NCBI GenBank assembly: GCA_040752415.1
Contig: JBFMGU010000263.1
Coordinates: 1-14,452, forward strand
From: Myxococcota bacterium
Lineage (GTDB): Bacteria; Myxococcota; JACRCW01
Length of the DNA: 14,452 bases
Direction of reading: 5' to 3'
Made by a program: the position numbers and the translations under genes. Below are positions 7,846 through 14,452 of this stretch, one piece after another. Every line of letters begins with the position of its first letter. The stretch's first letter is position 1. The notes beneath the pieces are model-generated. The model had not been told where the DNA came from and ran no database searches. It saw only the letters and a program-made list of their open reading frames with translations.

Positions 7846-8442
7846 ATGGCACCCCTCCACGAGCTCTCCGACGAAGAGCTGATGCTCCAGTACAAGGCGG
7901 GGGCCCTCCCTGCCTTCGAGGAGCTCGTGAAGCGCCACCGGCGGGGGGTCTTCCACTTTGCCCTGCGGTTCCTGGGGAGCCCGCAGGGCGCGGAGGACGC
8001 GTTGCAGGAGATCTTCCTGCGCGTGGTGCGGAATGCGGCGAGCTACGAGCGCAAGGCAAAGTTCACCACCTGGCTGTACACCATCGCGCGCAATCACTGC
8101 ATTGACGCGTCCCGCAAGGCGGCTTTCCGTCGGGCGGAGAGCCTGGACGCCCCGGTTGGCGACGAGGCCGACTCCGCCACCCGCCTGGACCGCACCGCCG
8201 GCAACCTCCCCGGCGGCGACCAGGTCACCCAGGACGTGCGCATCCGCCACGCCGTGGACCAGGCGCTGGCCCGGCTGCCGCCCGAGCAACGGGAGGTGTT
8301 CATCCTCCGCGAGTACTCCGGGATTCCGTTCAAGGAGATCGCGGAGATGACTGGCGTGCCGGAGAACACCGTCAAAAGCCGCATGAGGTACGCGCTGGAA
8401 TCGTTGAGGGCACAGCTGACGTCACAAGGAATCACGCCGTGA
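7846..8442 (+). CDS. ECF (group 4 sigma70) RNA polymerase sigma factor; alternative start GTG 7822
   Basis: Region 2 reads AFEELVKRH...AEDALQEIFLRV...KFTTWLYTIARNHCID. Region 4 reads ALARLPPEQREVFILREYSGIPFKEIAEMTGVPENTVKSRMRYA. Confidence 0.96.
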   Translation: MAPLHELSDEELMLQYKAGALPAFEELVKRHRRGVFHFALRFLGSPQGAEDALQEIFLRVVRNAASYERKAKFTTWLYTIARNHCIDASRKAAFRRAESLDAPVGDEADSATRLDRTAGNLPGGDQVTQDVRIRHAVDQALARLPPEQREVFILREYSGIPFKEIAEMTGVPENTVKSRMRYALESLRAQLTSQGITP

Positions 8443-8499
8443 TGCCCGAGCAGGTTGGGCACGGCGCAGGTAGATTGATCCGAGGAGCAGGGTTGCATC

Positions 8500-10398
8500 A
8501 TGGCCTGTGAACGGCACGCGGACGACTTGATGGGCTACCTCTACGGGGAGCTCTCACCACGGGAGGCGGACGCCTTCCTGGCGCACGCCCGCACCTGCGA
8601 CTCCTGCAACGGCGAGCTGGCCCAGCTGGCCTCCGTGCGCAAGACGGTGGCGCTGGCCGCCCCACTCCCCGACCCGCCCGACGCCCTCACCGCGCGCATC
8701 CTGGACGTGGCGCGCACCGCTGCCGCCTCGCCCCCGGTTGCCGCGACGACGGAGCGGGTGGGGCTGCTGGATTGGCTGATGAAGCCGTGGTCGCTGGGCC
8801 TGGCTGCCGCGGGCGCCGGCCTGGCCGCCGTGATGCTGGTGAGCACGTCCAAGCTGTCCATGAAGAGCCCGGAGGCGGTCGTGCAGGAGGTTGCCCCCGC
8901 CGCTGCGCCGCAGATGGCGGCCGAGCCCGCGGTGACGACGCCACGGGCGGACCTGGCGGCCAAGGAGGCCAAGCCGGTGGAGCCCACGGCCGGCGCGGGT
9001 GGCGACGAGGCCGCGCTCCTGGGCGCCGCCGTGGCGGAGAAGGCGGTGGATGCCCCCAGGGGCGCCGCCAACGGCGTGGCCCTCCGTGCCGCCGCTCCCG
9101 CCGACGAAGAAGCGCTGCGCGACCGTGCGCCCCCGTCCAAGGACCAGCAGCCCGCGATGGGCGAGGTTGCGGACAAGGTGGAACCCGCGCCGGCGCGCCA
9201 GATGGAGGCGCAGGGCAAGCGCGAGGTCGCCGCGCCCCTGGCGGCCGCGCCGGCGCCCGCTGCGGAGCCAAGCCCGGAGAGCACGGCCGAGACTGACGAC
9301 GTGGCGGCGAGGCGCGTCCAGCGCTCCGAGGAGAAGGTGGCGGAGCTCAAGAAGGCCAAGGCGCCCGCGAGCTGGGGCGTGGTGGCCTCGGAACAGCCGC
9401 GTGCGCGGGGCCCGGAGACCGGGAACCTGACCCTGCCTCCCCCGCCCGCTTCCCCGCCGGCCGAGGCGCGCGCGGAGATGGAGGCCTACCGTGACGACGA
9501 CGGTCGCGAGGGTGCGGCGCGTGGCGCGGCTGGGGCGGGAGCGATGGGGGGCGGGAGCGCGCCTCCTCCGGCGGCGTCGGCGCCCGCGCAGCCGCTGCGG
9601 AAGCCCTCGCTGGCCGTGCCGGGCATGAAGGCGGACCTGGCGGAGTCGCGCAGCTCGCCCGTGAAGAGCGTGATGGAGGACGAGCGCAAGCGTCTCAAGC
9701 AGGCGGAGACCGGCATGAAGGCGCAGGCCGAGATGACCGCGGGTGCGGAGTACCTGGCGTCGGGGCGGGCCACGGAGGCGCTGGCCGCGTTCCAGCGCGC
9801 CGAGGCGCTGGACACCACCCATGAGCTGAGCCCGAACCCGCGCGTGGGGCAGGCCGCAGCGTTGGCCCTCAGTGGTCGGTGTGAAGATGCGCTGCGCCTG
9901 GCGCGTGGCGTGGGCCAGACGCATCCCGCGTTCTCCAAGCGCTCCAGCCTGCTCACCGACGTGGCCAAGTGCTTCGAGCGCAAGGGCGATGCCGTGGTGG
10001 CGCAGCAGCTCCGCAATGAAGCCGGGGAGGTGACCCGGCAGCAGACCGCGCACGCCGGCGAGGACGCCCAGTCGGAGCGCGCCGCCGCCATTGTGCACAC
10101 CGTGAAGCTGCACCAGGCCGGTGTCACGCGCTGCGAGATCGCCGCCACGCAGGACGAGGAGCTGCCCGCGGCCGCGGGAGTGTGGACGGTGAAGGTGACC
10201 GTGGCGTCGGAGGGACGGGCCACGGAAGCCAGCGCGCAGGGGCCGCGGGAGGCCCCCGGTCTGCGCGCCTGCCTGGAACGGCATGTCCGGGGCATCTCCT
10301 ACGGCGCCTCCACTGCCAAGCCGCAGACCGTGGAAGTGAAGCTGCCCATTGTGCCGCGCGGCTCCGTCGAGAAGGCGCGCAAGGCGACGAAGAAGTAG
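8500..10398 (+). CDS. Putative zinc-binding anti-sigma factor (zf-HC2/ZAS) with a TM helix, long Ala/Pro-rich linker, TPR-like repeats and a C-terminal TonB-C/AgmX-PglI-like domain
   Basis: Directly follows the ECF gene. N-terminal MAC...YLYGELS...HARTCDSC gives HxxxCxxC, and hydrophobic WSLGLAAAGAGLAAVMLV follows. TPR-like segment GAEYLASGRATEALAAFQRAEALD. The C-terminus has VTRCE...VKVTVASEGRA...LRACLERHVRGISY. Confidence 0.85.
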   Translation: MACERHADDLMGYLYGELSPREADAFLAHARTCDSCNGELAQLASVRKTVALAAPLPDPPDALTARILDVARTAAASPPVAATTERVGLLDWLMKPWSLGLAAAGAGLAAVMLVSTSKLSMKSPEAVVQEVAPAAAPQMAAEPAVTTPRADLAAKEAKPVEPTAGAGGDEAALLGAAVAEKAVDAPRGAANGVALRAAAPADEEALRDRAPPSKDQQPAMGEVADKVEPAPARQMEAQGKREVAAPLAAAPAPAAEPSPESTAETDDVAARRVQRSEEKVAELKKAKAPASWGVVASEQPRARGPETGNLTLPPPPASPPAEARAEMEAYRDDDGREGAARGAAGAGAMGGGSAPPPAASAPAQPLRKPSLAVPGMKADLAESRSSPVKSVMEDERKRLKQAETGMKAQAEMTAGAEYLASGRATEALAAFQRAEALDTTHELSPNPRVGQAAALALSGRCEDALRLARGVGQTHPAFSKRSSLLTDVAKCFERKGDAVVAQQLRNEAGEVTRQQTAHAGEDAQSERAAAIVHTVKLHQAGVTRCEIAATQDEELPAAAGVWTVKVTVASEGRATEASAQGPREAPGLRACLERHVRGISYGASTAKPQTVEVKLPIVPRGSVEKARKATKK

Positions 10399-10422
10399 AC
10401 CGCGCCGCAGGCCGAACGAGTC

Positions 10423-10723
10423 AGGGGCTGCGTCAGGACAAGGCGCCCATCGGGACTGCGGACGTCGTGAGCGGACCGCGACCTGGAGTGCGGCGGGCCC
10501 TCGCCGCCCTGGCCAGCGTCGAGTGCGTCCTCAACGGCCAACCGCCGGGCGCGGGACTCCGCGACGACGGGGGGGCGCGGCGGCTGCGCCGGGTGGACCG
10601 TTCGGCAGGTGTCGGAAACCCGCTCGGCGCTGGCCAGGGCGGCGAGGGCCCGCCGCACTCCAGGTCGTGGCTCGTTCACGACGTCTGAAATGCCGATGGG
10701 CATCCTGTTCCGACGCAGCCCCT
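10423..10723. repeat. Long imperfect inverted repeat (REPIN/MITE-like) between convergent genes
   Basis: 10479-10518 (CGACCTGGAGTGCGGCGGGCCCTCGCCGCCCTGGCCAGCG) is the exact reverse complement of 10628-10667. The arms extend without gaps out to 10423/10723 and inward to about 10535/10611. Confidence 0.92.
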
Positions 10724-10990
10724 CACCAAGTCCAAGGCCGGACGACCAGAGGCCGCCAGGGCTCCTTCCTTGAGGGCGAAGCCACGCGCGGGTTGGCAAG
10801 CGTTCCTGATTGGGGTGACTGGCAGGGTTGCTGATTGAGTCGCAGCGTCGTGGATCGCGCCAGGGACCAGGAATGTCCGCGCTACGGACGCTCGTCGCTC
10901 AAGGCCGTTCATCGTCGACGGAGGCCGTCTCCGGCGTTGAAACAGTGGGATCGCATTCGCGACGCAGTCGAAGGACGGTGCCTGAAACAC

Positions 10991-11027
10991 CAACGGCGCC
11001 CTGGGTGCGGGACCCGGGGCGCCGTTG
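10991..11027 (-). terminator. Terminator-like hairpin downstream of the DsbA-like gene
   Basis: CAACGGCGCC...GGCGCCGTTG stem about 25 nt after the stop codon, followed on the minus strand by GTGTTTC, a weak U-tract. Confidence 0.65.
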
Positions 11028-11051
11028 CAGGAACTGCGCAGGGAAGGAAGC

Positions 11052-13010
11052 TCAGCTCTTCTTCTTGAGCTCTTCCTCGATCAGGTTCTTGAACGCATCA
11101 AACGGCTGCGCGCCCACCAGCTGACGACCATTGATGAAGAACGTGGGCGTTCCCGACGCGCCATTGGCCGCGCCCTCCGCCATGTCCTTCTTGATGACCT
11201 CGTCGTACTTGGGGTTGTCCAGGTCCTTCTCGAACTTGCCCATGTCCAGGCCGATCTCCTTGGCGTAGCTCACCAGGTTCTCCCGCTTGAGGGCCTTCTG
11301 GTTCGCGAACAGCTTGTCGTGCATCTCCCAGAACTTGCCCTGCTCACCGGCAGCCAGGGCGGCCTTGGAGGCCAGCGGCGCATCCTGGTGGAACGGCAGC
11401 GGGTTGTGCTTGAAGGCGATGCGGACCTTGCCCTTGTAGGTGTCCTCGATCTGCTTGAGCGTGGGACCCACGCGGCTGCAGAACGGGCACTGGAAGTCAC
11501 TGAACTCCACGATGGTGATGGGTGCGGTGGCGGGGCCCTTGGCGTACGACTGGCCCACCGTCACGTTGTAGACCTTGTTGGGATCCGCGCCGGGACGCTG
11601 CGCCTGGGCCGCCGGAGCGCTGGGCGCCTGCTTCAGGACCTCCTCGTACAGCTTGGCCAGCGGCGTGCCCTTCTTCATCAGGTCATCCGCCAACGCAATC
11701 TCCTTCTCGATGGCGGCCTTGAAGTTGTCGAAGGGCTGGGCACCGCTCAGCGGCGTGCCGTTGATGAAGAACGCCGGCGTGCCGCGCGCACCGAACTTGG
11801 CCGCGCTGGCCATGTCGGCGTCGATCTGGGCTTTGTGCGCGTTGTTGTCCAGGCTGGCCTTGAACTTGTTCATGTCCAGTCCCAGCTCCTGCGCGTACTT
11901 CTCCAGGTCCGCGCGCTGCAGCCCCTTCTGGTTCTCGAAGAGCTTGTCGTGCATCTCCCAGAACTTGCCCTGGTCCGCCGCGGCCAACGCAGCCTCGGAA
12001 GCCAGCGGCGCGTCCTTGTGGAACGGCAGCGGGTTGTGACGGAAGCAGAACTTCACGTCCTTGGGCCAGGTCTGCATGATCTGCTTCACCGTGGGACCCA
12101 CGCGCGCGCAGAACGGGCACTGGAACTCGCTGTACTCCACGATGGTGATCTTGGCGTCCGTGGGGCCCTTGCAGATTTCCGTCTTGGTCAGCTCCACCTT
12201 CTGACGGGAGGCGGCGGGCTGGTCGCGCTGCTGGGGCTGCTCCGCGGCCTTGGTGAGACCCTTCTCCGTCAGCTTGGCGTACAGGTCCGCGCGGGAGGCG
12301 CCGGCGGCCAGGGCCGCGTCCGCGTCCTTGAGCGCGCCGTCAATGGCGGTCTTGAACGCGTCAAACGGCTGCGCGCCGCGCAGGCTCTTGCCGTTGATGA
12401 AGAAGCTGGGCGTGCCGCGCGCGCCGAACTGCGCCGCCTCGGCCACGTCCGCGTCAATGCGGGCCTTGTAGGGGTTGTTGTCCAGCGCGGCCTTGAACTT
12501 GTTCATGTCCAGGCCCAGCTCCTGCGCGTACTTCTCCAGGTCCGGGCGCTTGAGGGCCTTCTGGTTCTCGAAGAGCTTGTCATGCATCTCCCAGAACTTG
12601 CCCTGCTCCCCGGCGGCCAACGACGCCACGGAGGCCAGCGGCGCGTCCTGGTGGAACGGCAGCGGGTTGTGCTTGAAGCACACGCGCACGTCATTGCCGT
12701 AGGTCTGCTGCACCTGCTTCATGGTGGGCAGCACGCGGTTGCAGAACGGGCACTGGAACTCGCTGAACTCAATGACCGTCACCTTCGCGTCGGCCGGGCC
12801 CTTGCAGTACGCGTCGCGGACGGGGACCTTGTAGACGGTCTGGTCCGGCGGCGTGGTGGGTCTTGCCGGCTGGGCGTTGTTGGCGGCGGGCTTCTGCTGT
12901 GCCTGGGCTTGCGGCTGGCTGGTGTTGCCGGTGCGTCCGGTCTGGAAACCCAGCGCAAACGCCACGGCTCCCACACCCACCATTCCGAAGAACGCTGCTC
13001 CACTCTTCAT
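11052..13010 (-). CDS. Exported/membrane-anchored thiol-disulfide oxidoreductase with three tandem DsbA/Com1-like thioredoxin domains (652 aa)
   Basis: GGAGGA SD precedes ATG 13010, and the N-terminus is hydrophobic (FFGMVGVGAVAFALGF). There are three repeats of KGP..AK.TI.E.S.FQCPFC...F.HNPLPFH.DAPLAS...GKFWEMHDKLF...GTP.FFING...GAQPF. Confidence 0.93.
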   Translation of the reverse strand: MKSGAAFFGMVGVGAVAFALGFQTGRTGNTSQPQAQAQQKPAANNAQPARPTTPPDQTVYKVPVRDAYCKGPADAKVTVIEFSEFQCPFCNRVLPTMKQVQQTYGNDVRVCFKHNPLPFHQDAPLASVASLAAGEQGKFWEMHDKLFENQKALKRPDLEKYAQELGLDMNKFKAALDNNPYKARIDADVAEAAQFGARGTPSFFINGKSLRGAQPFDAFKTAIDGALKDADAALAAGASRADLYAKLTEKGLTKAAEQPQQRDQPAASRQKVELTKTEICKGPTDAKITIVEYSEFQCPFCARVGPTVKQIMQTWPKDVKFCFRHNPLPFHKDAPLASEAALAAADQGKFWEMHDKLFENQKGLQRADLEKYAQELGLDMNKFKASLDNNAHKAQIDADMASAAKFGARGTPAFFINGTPLSGAQPFDNFKAAIEKEIALADDLMKKGTPLAKLYEEVLKQAPSAPAAQAQRPGADPNKVYNVTVGQSYAKGPATAPITIVEFSDFQCPFCSRVGPTLKQIEDTYKGKVRIAFKHNPLPFHQDAPLASKAALAAGEQGKFWEMHDKLFANQKALKRENLVSYAKEIGLDMGKFEKDLDNPKYDEVIKKDMAEGAANGASGTPTFFINGRQLVGAQPFDAFKNLIEEELKKKS

Positions 13011-13238
13011 CAAATCCTCCTGCATCCGTGCAGAGTTTGGGGATTCATCCATTCCATGGGAGGCCAGGCACGCCGACCCCGCATTGGTTGCGGTCCGCCC
13101 GGTGGTTGGGCGCCCCCGCAAAAAAGAGGCCGTGAGCTAATCCTCATCCCGGGTCCCGTCAAGCCCGGCTCCACCGGATCTCCCCAACCGCTGGTGGTCC
13201 GACCCTTGGGGGTGGGCCAAGGCGGTGGCTCCATGGTG

Positions 13239-13266
13239 TTGACAACGGGCGGAGGGAGCGTAGATT
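13239..13266 (+). promoter_or_regulatory. Putative sigma70 promoter of rplC with a GC-rich discriminator
   Basis: TTGACA-N16-TAGATT followed by CCGCCGCCC, resembling stringently controlled promoters of translation genes. Confidence 0.7.
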
Positions 13267-13289
13267 CCGCCGCCCTTTCAACGCAGGCC

Positions 13290-13430
13290 CCCCGCTCTGC
13301 CTGGTGGTCAGGCTTCTCGCGGGGCGCTTGCCGCAGTCGGTGCTCACGCCTTCCGGGGCGGCGCACCGGGGCTCCCCTGGCGGTGACGCCATGAGCCCGG
13401 ACGAGAGAGAAGCTCGTCCAAGCGAGGCAG
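13290..13430 (+). promoter_or_regulatory. Candidate structured ribosomal-protein leader RNA
   Basis: Abutting hairpins at 13338-13368 (TCCG loop), 13369-13398 (GTGA loop) and 13399-13419 are closed by CGCTT/AAGCG next to the SD. An upstream hairpin spans 13290-13324. Confidence 0.45.
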
Positions 13431-13435
13431 CAAAG

Positions 13436-14203
13436 ATGGCAATGGACCTGGCCCTGATGGGCAAGAAGGTTGGCATGTCCCAGATCTTCCTCCCCGACGG
13501 CACGCGCAAGGGCGTGACGGTGGTGGAGGTGGGACCGTGCGTGGTGGTGGACAAGCGCACGCCGGCGAAGGACGGCTACGCCGCCCTGGTGATCGGCTAC
13601 GGCACCTACAAGGGCGACCCGCGGCGCGTGGAGCGCCTGGTGGGCAAGCCCATGATGGGCCGGTTCAAGAAGCTTGGCGTGGAGCCGCAGCGCTACCTGC
13701 GTGAGGTGCGGGTCAAGCCCGAGCAGCTGGACAAGTACAACGTGGGCGCCAAGGTGGGCCTGGACGTGCTCCACGAGGGTGACCGCGTGGACGTGACCGG
13801 GACCAGCAAGGGCCGCGGCTTTGCCGGCGTGATCAAGCGGCACCACATGGCGGGCAGCGTGTGGAGCCACGGTACCCACGAGTACCGTCGTCACGGTGGC
13901 TCCATTGGTTGCCGTGCCGAGCCCGGTCGCGTGCACAAGGGCAAGCGCATGGCGGGCCACATGGGCGCCGAGCGCGTGACCACCCAGTACATCAAGGTGG
14001 AGCGCATCCTCCCCGAGCACAACCTGGTGCTGCTGGATGGACCGGCGCCGGGCTTCAACACCGCCATGGTGATGCTGTCCCCGACGACGAAGCTGCACCC
14101 GATCCGCGTCCGCAAGGAGGAGGTGCTGTCCTCCAACCCGATGAAGCAGGCCAAGGCGGCGGCCGCCGGCAAGACCGGTGGCAAGGGCGGCGGCAAGAAG
14201 TAA
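13436..14203 (+). CDS. rplC: 50S ribosomal protein L3 (uL3), stand-alone gene
   Basis: Motifs GKKVGMSQIF, VTVVEVGPC.VV..RT..KDGY.A, VDVTGTSKGRGFAGVIKRH, SHG...RHGGSIG...PGRVHKGKRMAGHMG...VTTQ and NLVLLDG..PG. GAGG SD precedes ATG 13436; ATG 13442 is also possible. Confidence 0.96.
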   Translation: MAMDLALMGKKVGMSQIFLPDGTRKGVTVVEVGPCVVVDKRTPAKDGYAALVIGYGTYKGDPRRVERLVGKPMMGRFKKLGVEPQRYLREVRVKPEQLDKYNVGAKVGLDVLHEGDRVDVTGTSKGRGFAGVIKRHHMAGSVWSHGTHEYRRHGGSIGCRAEPGRVHKGKRMAGHMGAERVTTQYIKVERILPEHNLVLLDGPAPGFNTAMVMLSPTTKLHPIRVRKEEVLSSNPMKQAKAAAAGKTGGKGGGKK

Positions 14204-14228
14204 TCCGCGCGAATTGTCACGAAGGGAC

Positions 14229-14268
14229 GAAGCGCCGGGACGGGGAGACCCTCCCGGCGTTTCTTTTT
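14229..14268 (+). terminator. Rho-independent terminator after rplC
   Basis: GAAGCGCCGGGA-c-GGG-GAGA-CCC-TCCCGGCGTTTC stem-loop followed by TTTTT, about 25 nt after the stop codon. Confidence 0.85.
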
Positions 14269-14452
14269 GTCGTCCAGGTTGGGGAGAACCGTCGGGGCGT
14301 TGCCGGCCAGAACCGCGTCGCGATGTCTTGTCAGCGCGAACCGCGTCGCTGGTGGCTGGCTCGCCTGTTCTCGGCCGGCGGTTTTCGTCGGGGCTGACTC
14401 CCAGCGCCTCGCGGGAACCGCCCGCCGTGGTCGTCTTGGCTTGGCTTGTCAA

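Noticed and set aside
10182..10799. Two opposite-strand ORFs sharing the peptide PRPGVRRALAALAS
   Set aside because: The shared peptide follows directly from the inverted repeat. Neither ORF has an SD or coding bias, and both overlap the anti-sigma gene.
11321..12605. Regularly spaced direct repeats as a CRISPR-like or DNA repeat array
   Set aside because: They are spaced about 630 bp apart and lie in-frame within the triplicated DsbA-like domains, so the protein repeat explains them.
13090..13101. 12-mer GCGGTCCGCCCG shared with the ECF promoter spacer (7801-7812)
   Set aside because: A GC-rich 12-mer match is expected by chance in this window, and the -35 and -10 elements are not shared.
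13134..13162. Divergent promoter for the DsbA-like gene (TTGACG on the minus strand)
   Set aside because: The -35 is good, but the -10 at 17-nt spacing (TAGCTC) lacks the conserved final T, so it is too weak to call.
11025..13394. Long antisense ORFs, such as 789 aa here and 471-2645, 6188-8059, 8554-10284 and 13010-14452
   Set aside because: These are shadow ORFs expected opposite GC3-biased genes in high-GC DNA. They contain no recognisable motifs and fully overlap well-supported genes.
14447..14452. TTGACA on the minus strand at the window edge (possible antisense promoter to rplC)
   Set aside because: There is no -10 element at the right spacing.

Overview
A high-GC bacterial chromosomal window. 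The gene content and style suggest Myxococcota or another deltaproteobacterium, which is an inference. Left to right: tRNA-Leu(CAA) (-); a small CxxC..CxxC zinc-ribbon protein (-); three co-oriented genes of unknown function (a TPR/tandem pseudokinase protein, a membrane-anchored TolB/PD40-like protein and a lipoprotein); a ~220-nt highly structured leader followed by a 189-aa hypothetical protein; an alpha2-type glycyl-tRNA synthetase; an ECF sigma factor with a probable autoregulatory promoter and its large zinc-binding anti-sigma factor; a ~300-bp REPIN-like inverted repeat; an exported protein with three tandem DsbA-like (CPFC) domains (-); and a divergent, stand-alone rplC (ribosomal protein L3) with its own promoter, structured 5' leader and terminator. 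I see no integrase, transposase, CRISPR array or recognisable defence system. The best candidates for something undescribed are the two structured leader RNAs, especially the one on the monocistronic rplC, followed by the catalytically dead kinase module and the long palindrome. All RNA structures were paired by eye in GC-rich sequence and need covariation support.
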